From assembly GCA_050951325.1 (NCBI GenBank), contig JBMNIW010000004.1, positions 105,173 through 169,172 of the forward strand: DNA of 64,000 nt, written 5' to 3'. The notes under the pieces were generated by a model. It searched no databases, was not told the origin of the DNA, and was given only the letters and a program-made list of their open reading frames with translations. Source of the DNA: Clostridia bacterium (GTDB lineage Bacteria > Bacillota > Clostridia > UBA1212 > DUPL01). The first letter of the stretch is position 1, and every line of letters begins with the position of its first letter. The position numbers and the translations under genes are program-made. Below, one piece after another: positions 39,148 through 51,276 of this stretch.

Positions 39148-42100
39148 TTATTCATCAAAATCATCGACATCAGGCATGCCCGAATCGTCTACGAGAACTT
39201 CCTCAAAAATATCCTCTTCGTCGGCAATCTGCTTTGTGGGGATAGTATCCTCCACACCATCATCCAGTCTTTCCACCATAATCTCAATATCCTTGTATCT
39301 GCTCATGCCGGTTCCAGCAGGAATGAGTTTTCCGATGATTACGTTCTCCTTCAGACCAAGCAATGGATCCTTCTTCTGCTTGATGGCTGCTTCCGTAAGA
39401 ACCCTTGTGGTCTCCTGGAAGGATGCTGCAGACAGGAATGAATCGGTGGCAAGGGATGCCTTTGTAATACCAAGCAGTACCCTCTTTCCTATTGCCGGGG
39501 TCTTGCCCAAAGATTCAGCTCTCCTGTTGACAGCCTCAAACTCGTGAATATTGACAATGCTGCCTGGGAGAAGCGGTGTATCTCCGGGTTCGTCAACCTT
39601 TACTTTCCTGAGCATCTGCCTTACGATAACCTCGATATGTCTGTCGTTAATCTTAACGCCCTGCATGTTGTAAACTCTTTGTACTTCCTCAATAATATAC
39701 TTCTGTACACCATATACACCCAGTATTCTAAGTATGTCATGAGGATTAATCGAACCTTCAACCAGAAAGTCGCCCTTATTGACATGGTCTCCTTCGCTGA
39801 CCTTGAACTTTGTGCTGTCTATAAATGACAAGGTCTTTGATTCGCCATCATCAGATGTAATGGTAAGGTCCACTTTCTTACCGTTGTTTGAGAAGGACAC
39901 AATACCATCAAGCTCGGATATTGTAGCAAGTCCTTTTGGCTTTCTCGCCTCGAAAAGCTCCTCGACTCTTGGGAGACCCTGTGTGATGTCGTCCGCTGTA
40001 GCAACACCGCCGGTGTGGAAGGTACGCATTGTAAGCTGTGTTCCGGGCTCTCCGATGGACTGGGCTGCAATAATTCCTATTGCATCGCCAATGTTGCAGG
40101 GTTCGTTTGTTGCCAGGTTTGAACCGTAGCACTTTGCACAGACTCCATGCTCGCAGTCGCAAACCAGTACGGAACGAATCTTGACTGTATCATGGCCCGC
40201 TTTTTCAATGGCACTTGCCTGTAAATCTGACAGCAAATCGCCCTTCTTAGCCAGCAGTTCGCCACTTTCAGGATGTACGATATCTTCTGCAATATATCTT
40301 CCGGTTATTCTTGCGCTCAATGGAACGATTGGCTCTGCATCCGCATCGTCGGAACTCATAATTGGAGATATCTCAATATAATCCTCGGTGCCGCAGTCGT
40401 TCATACGAATAATAACTTCCTGACTTACGTCAACAAGCCTTCTGGTCAGATAACCGGAGTCAGCGGTTCTCAAAGCGGTGTCGGAAAGCGTCTTTCTCGT
40501 ACCGTGGCTGGAGATAAAGAACTCTAGCACGTCAAGACCTTCTCTGAAGTTGGCCTTGATAGGTATCTCCAGGGTCTTACCTGATGTATCGGACATGAGA
40601 CCTCTCATACCCGCCAGCTGTTTAATCTGGTTTATGTTACCTCTTGCACCGGAGTCGCTCATCATGTTGATTGGGTTCAACATGCCCATGCTTTCCTTGA
40701 GCACTTGAGTAAGGTTGTCGATGGTCTGGGTCCATACCTTGATAACGTTTGCGTATCTCTCATCCTCGGTAATGAGACCTCTTCTGTACTGCCTTACAAT
40801 CTTGTCAACAACCGCATCCGCCTGTTTAATAAGTTCATTCTTTTCAGGTGGAACAACGATATCCTCAATACTTACAGTTATGGCGCCTCTTGTTGAATAC
40901 TCAAATCCCATTCTCTTGATTTCGTCAAGAACAATGGAAGTTCTTGTAGAGCCATGAACCTTTATGCACCTGTCAATAATGTCGCTCAAAGTGCCTTTCT
41001 TGACAAGCTCATCTATTTCCAGATTGCATACATTTTCCCTCTTGGTTCTGTCAACAAAACCCAGGTCCTGTGGGATAGGCTCGTTGAAAAGGAGTCTTCC
41101 CATTGTAGTGTTGATTATCTTGGACACTCTTTCACCGTTAAAGTATGCAACTCTCCTTACCTTGATTGGTGTGTGTATCTTGATTCTGCCAAGATCGTAT
41201 TCCATCTTTGCCTCTTCATAGTTTGCATAAATAGGTGCGTTCTCCCAATTGGTATCAGGCTGGATTGTCATATAGTAGCATCCAAGAACCATGTCCTGGG
41301 TCGGTACCACGATAGGCTTTCCATCCTTTGGAGCCAGCAGGTTGTTTGTAGGCAGCATCAGAAAACGGGCTTCTGCCTGTGCTTCTGCTGACAGTGGAAC
41401 GTGCACAGCCATCTGGTCACCGTCAAAGTCGGCGTTGTAAGCGGTACATACCAATGGATGCAACTGTATCGCCCTACCTTCAACCAGAACAGGCTCGAAG
41501 GCTTGGATACCCAGTCTGTGGAGGGTTGGAGCACGATTTAGCAGAACAGGATGATCCTTGATTATCTCTTCAAGGATATCCCATACCTGCAGGCTTGCCC
41601 TGTCAACCATCTTTCTTGCGCTCTTTATGTTTGCTGCAAGATTCTTGGTCACAAGCTTGTGCATTACAAACGGCTTGAACAACTCAAGCGCCATTTCTTT
41701 AGGCAAACCGCACTGATATATTTTAAGCTCAGGACCAACAACGATAACGGACCTTCCTGAATAGTCAACACGCTTTCCAAGCAGGTTCTGACGGAATCTT
41801 CCCTGCTTTCCTCTTAGCATGTCGGACAAGGACTTGAGAGGCCTGTTTCCAGGACCTGTTACAGGTCTTCCCCTTCTTCCGTTGTCCATCAGTGCGTCCA
41901 CAGCTTCCTGAAGCATCCTCTTTTCATTACGTATAATTATCTCAGGTGCGTGAAGATCCTGAAGTCTTTTAAGTCTGTTGTTTCTGTTTATAACTCTTCT
42001 GTACAGGTCATTCAGATCCGATGTGGCAAATCTGCCACCGTCCAACTGAACCATCGGACGCAAATCGGGTGGAATGACTGGAATCACAGAAAGGATCATC

Positions 42101-42810
42101 CATTCAGGCTTGTTGTCGGACTGTCTGAAAGCCTCAACAACCTCAAGACGCTTAATAAGTCTCATCTTCTTCTGACTAATGGTCTGACCGCCTTTTTCCT
42201 TCTCCTGAATGGTAAGTCTCTCTATTCCATCATTAAGCTCTTCTGCAAGCTCATCCAAATCTATCTGCTGAAGCAATTCCTTAATGGCTTCTGCGCCCAT
42301 GCCCGCTCTGAAGGCATTCTCTCCAAAGCTTTCAACAGCTTCCTTGTAGTCCTTGTCGGAAAGAATCTGTTTTCTTTCAAGGGTAGTATTACCCTCATCA
42401 AGAACAACGTAAGATGCAAAATATAATACCTTTTCAAGCTGGCGTGGTGCCATATCCAAAAGAAGTCCCATCCTGCTCGGAATTCCTCTGAAGAACCATA
42501 TATGGGAAACAGGAGCGGCAAGCTCTATGTGACCCATTCTTGTACGGCGCACCTTTGAAGAAGTAACCTCAACGCCGCACTTGTCACATACAACTCCCCT
42601 GTACCTGTTTTTCTTGTATTTACCACAGTGACATTCCCCATCCTTTGTAGGGCCAAATATTCTCTCGCAAAAGAGACCGTCCTTTTCAGGCTTCAGTGTT
42701 CTATAGTTTATGGTCTCCGGTTTCTTAACTTCTCCATGAGACCAGGATAAAATTGTCTCGGGTGATGCCAGGCCAATTTGAATTGAATCAAAATAATTAA
42801 AATCTACCAT
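39148..42810 (-). CDS. rpoC: RNA polymerase beta' subunit
   Basis: NADFDGDQM catalytic motif and zinc finger; start at MVDFNYF after a GGAGG SD. Confidence 0.99.
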   Translation of the reverse strand: MVDFNYFDSIQIGLASPETILSWSHGEVKKPETINYRTLKPEKDGLFCERIFGPTKDGECHCGKYKKNRYRGVVCDKCGVEVTSSKVRRTRMGHIELAAPVSHIWFFRGIPSRMGLLLDMAPRQLEKVLYFASYVVLDEGNTTLERKQILSDKDYKEAVESFGENAFRAGMGAEAIKELLQQIDLDELAEELNDGIERLTIQEKEKGGQTISQKKMRLIKRLEVVEAFRQSDNKPEWMILSVIPVIPPDLRPMVQLDGGRFATSDLNDLYRRVINRNNRLKRLQDLHAPEIIIRNEKRMLQEAVDALMDNGRRGRPVTGPGNRPLKSLSDMLRGKQGRFRQNLLGKRVDYSGRSVIVVGPELKIYQCGLPKEMALELFKPFVMHKLVTKNLAANIKSARKMVDRASLQVWDILEEIIKDHPVLLNRAPTLHRLGIQAFEPVLVEGRAIQLHPLVCTAYNADFDGDQMAVHVPLSAEAQAEARFLMLPTNNLLAPKDGKPIVVPTQDMVLGCYYMTIQPDTNWENAPIYANYEEAKMEYDLGRIKIHTPIKVRRVAYFNGERVSKIINTTMGRLLFNEPIPQDLGFVDRTKRENVCNLEIDELVKKGTLSDIIDRCIKVHGSTRTSIVLDEIKRMGFEYSTRGAITVSIEDIVVPPEKNELIKQADAVVDKIVRQYRRGLITEDERYANVIKVWTQTIDNLTQVLKESMGMLNPINMMSDSGARGNINQIKQLAGMRGLMSDTSGKTLEIPIKANFREGLDVLEFFISSHGTRKTLSDTALRTADSGYLTRRLVDVSQEVIIRMNDCGTEDYIEISPIMSSDDADAEPIVPLSARITGRYIAEDIVHPESGELLAKKGDLLSDLQASAIEKAGHDTVKIRSVLVCDCEHGVCAKCYGSNLATNEPCNIGDAIGIIAAQSIGEPGTQLTMRTFHTGGVATADDITQGLPRVEELFEARKPKGLATISELDGIVSFSNNGKKVDLTITSDDGESKTLSFIDSTKFKVSEGDHVNKGDFLVEGSINPHDILRILGVYGVQKYIIEEVQRVYNMQGVKINDRHIEVIVRQMLRKVKVDEPGDTPLLPGSIVNIHEFEAVNRRAESLGKTPAIGKRVLLGITKASLATDSFLSAASFQETTRVLTEAAIKQKKDPLLGLKENVIIGKLIPAGTGMSRYKDIEIMVERLDDGVEDTIPTKQIADEEDIFEEVLVDDSGMPDVDDFDE

Positions 42811-42829
42811 GTTCCGCCTCCCTTTACTA

Positions 42830-45800
42830 CTACTCCTCAACCTTTTCAGCATGCTTCAAATACGTTTCCTTAATAAGTTCCGCACTTAGATCGCCGCCAT
42901 CTGCAAAGTCATCATCGCCAGACACATCATATTCCAAATCCTTGGTCAACAAATCAGCATTGTCATCTTTCATTTCCACCAAATCAGGATTTTCCTCTTC
43001 CCTCTTGGGTCGGTACTTGTCCGGATTCTTGATATAGTCTTCCTCGGTTTCCTTAATCGGAATTTCTTCTCCTTCTTCAGTGAAGATCTTCACATCAAGG
43101 GCAAGGCTTTGCAGTTCCTTGACAAGAACCTTGAACGACTCTGGTATTCCTGGTTCAGGAACATTTTCTCCCTTGACAATCGCTTCGTATGTTTTTACTC
43201 GTCCTACCGTATCGTCGGACTTGATTGTCAGAATCTCCTGCAATGTGTAAGCAGCTCCGTAAGCTTCGAGAGCCCAAACCTCCATCTCTCCGAAACGCTG
43301 GCCACCAAACTGGGCTTTTCCACCAAGAGGCTGCTGGGTTACAAGTGAGTATGGTCCGGTGCTTCTTGCGTGAATCTTGTCGTCGACCAGATGGAAGAGC
43401 TTCATGTAGTACATGTATCCGACTGTTACGGAGTTGTCAAACTCTTCTCCCGTTCTGCCGTCTCTGAGTATGGTCTTTCCGTGCTCGGGGAGACCCGCCT
43501 TGCTCAGAGTATTCATGATGTCATCCTCGGTAGCACCGTCAAATACTGGAGATGCAACCTTCCAGCCCAGCGCTCTTGCTGCATATCCCAGGTGAACCTC
43601 CAGAACCTGACCCAGGTTCATTCGTGAAGGAACGCCCAGAGGATTCAATACAACATCCAATGGAGTGCCGTCCGGCAGGAATGGCATATCCTCTTCAGGA
43701 AGTATTCTGGATATAACGCCCTTGTTACCGTGACGTCCCGCCATCTTGTCGCCAACTGAAAGCTTTCTCTTTTGTGCAACATATACTCTAACAAGCTTGT
43801 TTACGCCAGGTGCAAGATCATCGTCATGCTCCCTTGTGAACACCTTGACATCCACAACGATACCTGACTCTCCATGAGGCACTCTGAGGGAAGTGTCTCT
43901 TACATCCCTTGACTTCTCACCGAAGATTGCACGCAAGAGTCTTTCTTCAGCTGTAAGTTCGGTCTCCCCTTTTGGAGTAACCTTTCCTACTAGAATGTCT
44001 CCTGCCTGAACTTCAGCACCGATGTGAATGATACCTTCATGGTTGAGATATCTCAAAGCGTCCTCGCCTACGTTGGGTATTTCGTTTGTGATCTCCTCAG
44101 GACCAAGCTTGGTATCCCTGGCTTCGCATTCATACTCTTCTATGTGTATTGATGTGTATACGTCTTCTTTTACCAATCTCTCGCTTATAAGGACGGCGTC
44201 CTCATAATTGTAGCCTTCCCATGTCATAAACCCTATAAGCACGTTCTTTCCAAGGGCAATCTCGCCATTGTCGGTGGATGGACCGTCAGCAATTACTTCG
44301 TCCTTCTTAACCCTTTCGCCAATCCTTACAACAGGCTTCTGATTTATGCAGGTTCCCTGGTTGGAACGCATGAACTTCAGCATATTGTATGTGTCAATCT
44401 TGCCATTGTCTCTTCTTATGGTTATATAGTTGCTGGTAACGTCAACAACCTCGCCGTCTGCCTTGGCAATGACAACGGCTCCGGAGTCCCTTGCAGCCTT
44501 GTATTCAATACCAGTAGCAACAATGGGTGCCTCACTGCGGAGAAGCGGCACTGCCTGCCTCTGCATGTTGGAGCCCATGAGTGCACGGGATGCGTCGTCG
44601 TTCTCAAGGAATGGAATCATTGCTGCTGCTACGGAAACAACCTGTTTTGGCGAAACGTCCATGTAGTCAACCTTGTCAGATTCAACCTCTATAAACTCAT
44701 CCCTGAAACGGCAGACAACCTTCTTGTTTACGAATCTGCCTTCTTCGTCCAGAGGTTCGTTTGCTTGTGCAATTACATAGTTGTCCTCTTCGTCAGCCAT
44801 CAGGTAATGTATCTCGTCTGTTACCTTGCCTGTTTCCTTGTTAAATTTACGATAAGGGGCCTCAATAAATCCGTACTCGTTGATTCTCGCGTATGTACTC
44901 AGCGAGCCAATAAGACCGATGTTTGGACCTTCAGGTGTCTCAATTGGACACATCCTGCCATAGTGCGAGTAGTGGACGTCACGAACCTCAAAGGTTGCCC
45001 TGTCCCTATTCAAACCACCAGGTCCCAATGCACTGAGTCTTCTTTTGTTCGCAAGTTCAGCAAGCGGGTTTGTCTGATCCATGAACTGTGACAGCTGGCT
45101 GGAGCCAAAGAACTCCTTGATAGCTGCAGTTACAGGTCTTGTGTTGATGAGAGCCTGTGGAGTAACGGCATCCATGTCCTGCATTGCCATACGCTCCTTT
45201 ACAACACGTTCCATTCTGGACAAACCAATTCTAAACTGGTTCTGTAAAAGCTCTCCTACCGCCCTTACTCTTCTGTTGCCTAAATGATCTATGTCATCTA
45301 TTTGTCCCAAATCATACTGCAAGCACAGCATGTAGTTAATTGTGGCTACTATGTCTTCTCTTGTAATATGTTTTGGAATCAGCTCGTTAATTCGTGTTTC
45401 AAGTTGAACCTTGAGCTCATTCTCATCGTCGGTTGATTCAAGTATTTCCATAAGCACGTCAAAATAGACATGCTCGTTTATTCCCACTTCAGCAGGATCA
45501 AAATCGAGATATGCCTTTGCATCAACCATCTTGTTGCCGATGATCTTTACAGGTCTGTATGGAGTCATTACATTAACTTCATTAAGACCACTGTTTTGTA
45601 TATCCCAAGCTGTTTTTTCGTCAATCAGCTTGCCAGCCTCAACAAGAATCTCTCCTGTTTGAGGATCTACAATATCACCTGCCGCTGCCTTTCCAGTTAT
45701 TCTTGCAGCAAGTGAAAGCTTTTTGTTAACTTTGTATCTTCCAACCCTTGCAAGGTCATATCTTCTTGGATCGAAAAACATGCTTTCAAGCAGTGTCCTT

Positions 45801-46642
45801 GCATTGTCAACCAGAGCGGGCTCGCCTGGACGGAGTCTCTTGTATATCTCAATAAGGGCTCTGTCTTCTCCATTGTCCTCCGCAGAATCCTTGTCAAGAG
45901 TATTCATTACACGCTCGTCTTTAATCCAGCCGTCATCGGAATCGTCAAAGCCGTCAGCTGTTGCTTCTTCCTTGTTAACGGACAAAAGCTCTATGATCTG
46001 GTCATTGGTTCCGTAACCAATAGCCCTCAAGAGCTGGGTTGCAGGCATTTTTCTATTCCTGTCAATCCTAACGTATATGACATCGCTATGATCAATTTCG
46101 AACTCAAGCCATGCTCCTCTGTTTGGTATGAGGGTTGATGTTGTGATGTACTTACCCTTGGTCTTGTCGTATGTTCTGTCAAAATACACGCCTGGAGACC
46201 TTACCAGCTGGCTAACTATTACCCTTTCGGCGCCATTCATAATAAATGTACCGTTTTCCGTCATCAGCGGAAACTCACCAAAGTATATAGTGTCGGTTTC
46301 TTTTACAATACCTGTCAGTTTGTTCAGAATACGGGCTTTTACCCTGAGAGGAGCCGCATAAGTTGCGTCTCTTTCCTTGCACTCCTCTATTGTATAAGGA
46401 GCCTTGTCTTCCTCTATAACGTAATCGACAAATTCGAGCACCAAATTACCGGAATAGTCCGTTATAGGTGATATGTCTCTAAAAACTTCTTTAAGTCCAA
46501 CATCCTTAAAATGCTGATATGAATCTTTCTGAACAGCTATAAGGTTGGGCATCTCAAGAATTTCGTTAATCTTGGAATAACTCTTTCTTGTAGTTCGGCC
46601 GTACTGTACATCCTTAACATTAACATCAACATCTTGCACCAT
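42830..46642 (-). CDS. rpoB: RNA polymerase beta subunit
   Basis: [25 protein letters not shown] and the RRDR region. Confidence 0.99.
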   Translation of the reverse strand: MVQDVDVNVKDVQYGRTTRKSYSKINEILEMPNLIAVQKDSYQHFKDVGLKEVFRDISPITDYSGNLVLEFVDYVIEEDKAPYTIEECKERDATYAAPLRVKARILNKLTGIVKETDTIYFGEFPLMTENGTFIMNGAERVIVSQLVRSPGVYFDRTYDKTKGKYITTSTLIPNRGAWLEFEIDHSDVIYVRIDRNRKMPATQLLRAIGYGTNDQIIELLSVNKEEATADGFDDSDDGWIKDERVMNTLDKDSAEDNGEDRALIEIYKRLRPGEPALVDNARTLLESMFFDPRRYDLARVGRYKVNKKLSLAARITGKAAAGDIVDPQTGEILVEAGKLIDEKTAWDIQNSGLNEVNVMTPYRPVKIIGNKMVDAKAYLDFDPAEVGINEHVYFDVLMEILESTDDENELKVQLETRINELIPKHITREDIVATINYMLCLQYDLGQIDDIDHLGNRRVRAVGELLQNQFRIGLSRMERVVKERMAMQDMDAVTPQALINTRPVTAAIKEFFGSSQLSQFMDQTNPLAELANKRRLSALGPGGLNRDRATFEVRDVHYSHYGRMCPIETPEGPNIGLIGSLSTYARINEYGFIEAPYRKFNKETGKVTDEIHYLMADEEDNYVIAQANEPLDEEGRFVNKKVVCRFRDEFIEVESDKVDYMDVSPKQVVSVAAAMIPFLENDDASRALMGSNMQRQAVPLLRSEAPIVATGIEYKAARDSGAVVIAKADGEVVDVTSNYITIRRDNGKIDTYNMLKFMRSNQGTCINQKPVVRIGERVKKDEVIADGPSTDNGEIALGKNVLIGFMTWEGYNYEDAVLISERLVKEDVYTSIHIEEYECEARDTKLGPEEITNEIPNVGEDALRYLNHEGIIHIGAEVQAGDILVGKVTPKGETELTAEERLLRAIFGEKSRDVRDTSLRVPHGESGIVVDVKVFTREHDDDLAPGVNKLVRVYVAQKRKLSVGDKMAGRHGNKGVISRILPEEDMPFLPDGTPLDVVLNPLGVPSRMNLGQVLEVHLGYAARALGWKVASPVFDGATEDDIMNTLSKAGLPEHGKTILRDGRTGEEFDNSVTVGYMYYMKLFHLVDDKIHARSTGPYSLVTQQPLGGKAQFGGQRFGEMEVWALEAYGAAYTLQEILTIKSDDTVGRVKTYEAIVKGENVPEPGIPESFKVLVKELQSLALDVKIFTEEGEEIPIKETEEDYIKNPDKYRPKREEENPDLVEMKDDNADLLTKDLEYDVSGDDDFADGGDLSAELIKETYLKHAEKVEE

Positions 46643-46766
46643 ACTGATTGTTCACCCCAAATTCAATTTTTTGCTACCATACCTTATTATTCCACATTAT
46701 TCCTTGTGTTAAACAAGCTATTTGGTTGATGTTCATACAAAAATATGTCAGAACAAATATTTTTTA

Positions 46767-46795
46767 TTGCCATCTATATTTTTGTGTGCTATAAT
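46767..46795 (+). promoter_or_regulatory. Near-consensus sigmaA promoter antisense to the rpoB leader
   Basis: TTGCCA-N17-TATAAT with extended TG; no + strand gene follows before the IS. Confidence 0.55.
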
Positions 46796-46867
46796 ATCCT
46801 TGTAACTTCACCATATTTAACTTAAAAACATAATAAAGCCTAAAAAGAGATTGCAGCGCAGTTTATT

Positions 46868-46897
46868 ATTCTATCACTTAAATAATAACAAAGTCAA
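46868..46897 (-). promoter_or_regulatory. sigmaA promoter of rpoBC
   Basis: TTGACT-N18-TAGAAT with extended TG. Confidence 0.65.
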
Positions 46898-46940
46898 CAG
46901 GTAATAATTAAAAACCTGCTGATTAATTGTTAACATTCTA

Positions 46941-47162
46941 TTAACTCTTTTCATCTGGGAACCGTTTATTAGCTTGTTTTACTGCAATGATAGTTGCTAT
47001 GATAAAACTAGCTATGCTGGACAAAATAAATGCCAATGTCCAGTTGAAGCCTTTGCCATCTCCATTATCCTCTGGTTCAGGTGAAGTATCGGCATTTGCC
47101 GCCACTGGCATCATATTAACGAATAAAAAAAGAACCAACAATATTGAAACTGTTTTAGACAT
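46941..47162 (-). CDS. Small membrane protein (signal peptide plus one TM)
   Basis: 73 aa, GGGGG SD, own promoter at 47198-47226. Confidence 0.65.
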   Translation of the reverse strand: MSKTVSILLVLFLFVNMMPVAANADTSPEPEDNGDGKGFNWTLAFILSSIASFIIATIIAVKQANKRFPDEKS

Positions 47163-47197
47163 ATAGCCCCCGATATTATAATATTGGATACTAACCT

Positions 47198-47226
47198 ATA
47201 ATATCACAATTAAAAAAAATATACAA
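47198..47226 (-). promoter_or_regulatory. sigmaA promoter (extended -10) of the small membrane protein gene; IS1634 target
   Basis: TTGTAT-N17-TATTAT with TG at -15/-14. Confidence 0.65.
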
Positions 47227-47407
47227 CATAAATTTTTCTATAAAAAAAAGAGGTGGATTTCCACCTCAATTCGATAGTTTGACACTTGCTCACATATCCG
47301 ATTTTCAGAAAAGCTCATATTATGACAATGTCATTAACTTAAGAGATCGCAATACATGTTTTGTTGCGATCTCTTAGTTTATTTCAAATCTTAAATTAAC
47401 TGGCACG
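47203..47407 (+). repeat. 205-bp target-site duplication of IS1634-a (second copy 49444-49649); the first 69 bp are also the duplication of the composite element (third copy 60084-60152)
   Basis: Direct comparison: identical except one extra G in the A-run of the 49444 copy. Confidence 0.95.
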
Positions 47408-49443
47408 CCCTAGTTTAACAGTTAATCTTTCAATTTAAATTGCATAAATGCCCTAAATAACGCCAATTTGGCGCTTTTTTTATGTCAAATAATTTACATT
47501 TTTATGTTGACAATAGTTGACAATTATGATATAATGTAACCGACTATTTCTTGGAGGTGCTGTTGGATGTTTCTGAGAATAACCAAGCAGAAGAACGGCA
47601 GGATTAATCTATGTTTCGCTGAAGGATATCGTGACCCTGTCACAAAAAAAGTTAAACATAGGATTATCGAGAATCTGGGCTATTTGGATGAATATATTGA
47701 TCGTTACGAGGATCCAATAGCGCATTTTAAAGAGATTGCACGCATTCGCACCCAGGAACTTAACGAGGAAAAAAGGAAAAAGGAAATATTTCTGGGTACT
47801 ATTTCTGAAGGCGAGACCATGGAAGTGAACGAAGATTCCTTGCAGCACATGGGATTCCTTCCTCTAAGCTCAATTTACCATCAGTTAAAAATCGACAAAT
47901 TCATTATCAATCGTCAACGAAGCCTGTCCATGGATTATTCGCTAAACGATGTTATGCAATTGTTGGTGTATACAAGGATTCTATCTCCAGGATCCAAGAT
48001 AGACAGTTACAGACAAAAAGAACGTATGGCTAAAGATTTCAAATGTGATTGGTATGATGTTTATCGTGCATTGGACTATTTTGCATCTTTTCGAGATGAC
48101 CTTCTCCTCCATCTTCACGAGCAGGTCAGAATCAACTATCAACGTAAAACTGATGTTGTTTTTTACGATGTCACAAACTTTTACTTTGAGATTGACAAAG
48201 AGGATGAATTTCGTCGCAAGGGTTATTGCAAGCACAATACACGAAATCCGCTAGTGCAAATGGGACTGCTTCTTGATTCTGATGCTATTCCAATAGCGTA
48301 TCAGTTATTTAAAGGGAACACCCATGACAGTCAGACAATGATGCCGCTGTTGCATAAAATACGTGCCAGTTATGGACTGGGTAGAATAATTACCGTAGCA
48401 GACAAAGGATTGAATAGCGGAGACAACATCGCATTTCTCATGGCCAAAGGAGATGGATTCATATTCTCTCAGAAAATACGGGGAGCTTCCAAAGATCTGC
48501 AAGACTATGTTTTTGATCAGTCAGGATATGTAGATGTGCACGGGATAGTAAAACATGCTGATGCATGGAACGAAAGGAATGGCAACCAAGACAGCGGATT
48601 GTTCCGCATGAAATCACGACTATATCCACAGGAATTCTGGGTAACTCATGCAGATGATGTCAAACGCAAAATACCGTTGGATGTAAAACAGATTGTATGT
48701 TACAACGAGCTTTATGCAAGACGCCAGAAGCACAAGAGGGCTGAACTTATTGCCAAGGCCAAAAGAATCATAGAAAATCCCAAACGCTATGATAAGAGTG
48801 AGGCAGGTGGGGCATTACGATATGTAAAAAACATTGAATATGACCCGGAAACTGGTGAGTACATTAAAACCAGGCGTTTACCCAGCCTGGATGAAGACAG
48901 GATTGCGGAAGACGAAAAGTATGATGGCTACTATGCAATCATTACAAGCGAACTGGATATGCCAGACCATGATGTCGTCAAAGCATATCACGGTCTTTGG
49001 GAGATAGAACATAGTTTCAGGATTACTAAAAGCGATATTGAAGCCAGACCTGTTAATGTTACACTCGAGCAAAGGATAGATGCCCACTTTCTTACATGTT
49101 TTATAGCATTGCTAGTCTTAAGGCTTTTGTGTAAACGACTGGACGGAAAGTATGCCCCTGAACAGGTACTCAAATCTTTGAGAAATTATCAGGTTTGTTG
49201 GATTAAGGACAATGTATACAAGGCAACCTACTATGACCGAAATACTAAAAGATTTGGGTGAGGATTTGAATTTGAGACTGGATAGACGCTTCCTAAAAGC
49301 AGGCGACATCAGGCAACTGATTGCAGATACCAAAAAGTGACCATAAATACACAACATTTTTCTGAAATAAATAAAACCTCACAAACCCACTAATTACAAG
49401 GGTTTATGGAGGTTTTTTCTAAATTCTAACTGTTAAACTCAAG
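47408..49443 (+). mobile_element. IS1634-family element (IS1634-a)
   Basis: Imperfect 17-bp TIRs CCCTAGTTTAACAGTTA / TAACTGTTAAACTCAAG; 205-bp DR; promoter TTGACA-N17-TATAAT at 47507-47535. Confidence 0.93.
47567..49340 (+). CDS. IS1634-family DDE transposase with a 1-bp frameshift near the C-terminus
   Basis: FYDVTNFYFE, VADKG, DGYYAIITS, YHGLWEIEHSFR. Track ORF ends at 49261; another frame continues ILKDLGEDLNLRLDRRFLKAGDIRQLIADTKK* to 49340. Confidence 0.9.
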
Positions 49444-49567
49444 ATCACAATTAGAAAAAAATATACAACATAAATTTTTCTATAAAAAAAAGAGGTGGAT
49501 TTCCACCTCAATTCGATAGTTTGACACTTGCTCACATATCCGATTTTCAGAAAAGCTCATATTATGA

Positions 49568-51276
49568 CAATGTCATTAACTTAAGAGATCGCAATACATG
49601 TTTTGTTGCGATCTCTTAGTTTATTTCAAATCTTAAATTAACTGGCACGGTATTTTATTGATCCTTCTAATACACTTTATCTTTGTCTTGTTACAGATTT
49701 AAAAAATGACATAAAAAAGTTAAGTTATAGTTTATAACAATAACTCTTGCTATGTAAATATTAGGAATATGGAAAACTAGGAGTTTCTTTTAATATTATT
49801 AAAGAACCTCTTGCTTTTTGCATTTTTGTGTCTGTTGAAAGAACGCCCTTTTCTTACAGGTATAAGTTCTGATTGTATTTCTTTTATGACTTTCTCGAAT
49901 AAGATTCTGCGTTCAACATCACTATCAGTTGCTACAAATCCTATTAGTTCATCCCTCATTACTCCGATTGCGAAGTTTTTATTTATAGTCATAACATGTT
50001 TGTATTTGTTAAGTTTTCCCTCACGCTTTAACGATTCTTCGGCATCTCGAATAACATCTTGGATAATGTTACACAGATATACTGTCGCATATATATCTTG
50101 TTCTATAAGTAACGGTTTTGTTCCTGTAAAATTTTCGATTTCTAATTTGTTTTTTAAGGTATCATATACTGTTTCTATTGCCCATCGCATAAAATACAAG
50201 TCCGAAATTTCTTTGGTATTGAACTCTTCTTGGCTTAAATTAGTAGCAAGATACTCAGTTTCACCGGAAGATAAATGCACGCGTACAAATCTTACAAACA
50301 TAGAACCAACAGTACGTAGTTTCTCTGCAAACTTTGTATTTCGATAAGGGTTAATACGGGTCTGATCAAATTTTATCTCAATAATTTCATCATCGGAAGT
50401 CATAGACGATTGCTCTCTTTTGAACTGCGAAGAGCTTAACCTCATGAGAAATTTTTGTCCCTTCTCGAATCGATTAAGCATATTTTCAATTGAAGGATAA
50501 CCTCTATCAAACAAAACGATAAAGGCTTTGTCTTCAATAATTTCAGCAATGTTATCAATATTCTTCTCGGCAGCAGCACGTTCGTCAAAATTATTCCTGT
50601 TAATAGATATATCTAAAATAAATTCATTACACACATCGTATATACAAGAAAGACCAATCTGTGCAGTAGGCTTTGCAGATGGCACCGAGGAGTTACCATA
50701 TAATTCTAGAGTTTCTTTATTTGTGGGTATAGTAATATTACTACCGTCAACAGCGAGAACTAAATAATTCTTAATTGTTCTTGCTGTCTCTTCGTTGTAG
50801 AAATTCTTTAAATGAAAGCTATTCAAAGCGAGAAAAGCTTTGGGATCAAGCTTTAAACGTTGTTTTAAATACGCTACTTTTGATACAGTTTTGTCATCTT
50901 GTTTCATCTTTAAATATCTCCTGATTTCAAGTTTCAATGAAAAACCAACTCGAGTAATGGTAGATAGAATGATATCAAACATAGTTAACTTCCTTTTTCT
51001 TGTGAAGTCAGTGCTTTTTTGCCTATATGTTTTTTTGAACTCTTCTTTCTGCGCATACTCCAGGTCTTTTTCTAATCTAATCTTAGATAATAATTTTAAC
51101 ATCTTATACTCCCCATTTCTAGCAAAATCGAGAGTATTAAATAATATTTAAAATTTAACAACTCTGTATTATTTTATCATATTTGTTTTAAAATGTAAAA
51201 CTGAAAATGTGATAAAAAGACCCTAACCGAATAAGTTAGGGTTCTTTAAAACGAGTTTCTTAAGTTAATGACATTG
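49568..51276 (-). mobile_element. IS4-family element
   Basis: Perfect TIRs CAATGTCATTAACTTAAGA / TCTTAAGTTAATGACATTG; 10-bp TSD CATATTATGA at 49558-49567 and 51277-51286. Confidence 0.95.
49777..51102 (-). CDS. IS4-family DDE transposase
   Basis: FTRKRKL, LAVDGS, FDRGY and YFMRWAIETVYDTLK (YREK motif). Confidence 0.95.
   Translation of the reverse strand: MLKLLSKIRLEKDLEYAQKEEFKKTYRQKSTDFTRKRKLTMFDIILSTITRVGFSLKLEIRRYLKMKQDDKTVSKVAYLKQRLKLDPKAFLALNSFHLKNFYNEETARTIKNYLVLAVDGSNITIPTNKETLELYGNSSVPSAKPTAQIGLSCIYDVCNEFILDISINRNNFDERAAAEKNIDNIAEIIEDKAFIVLFDRGYPSIENMLNRFEKGQKFLMRLSSSQFKREQSSMTSDDEIIEIKFDQTRINPYRNTKFAEKLRTVGSMFVRFVRVHLSSGETEYLATNLSQEEFNTKEISDLYFMRWAIETVYDTLKNKLEIENFTGTKPLLIEQDIYATVYLCNIIQDVIRDAEESLKREGKLNKYKHVMTINKNFAIGVMRDELIGFVATDSDVERRILFEKVIKEIQSELIPVRKGRSFNRHKNAKSKRFFNNIKRNS

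Noticed and set aside
42630-42650. RpoC KDGECHC instead of the usual KDWECHC
   Set aside because: Single codon difference that cannot be distinguished from lineage variation or base error; zinc ligands intact.
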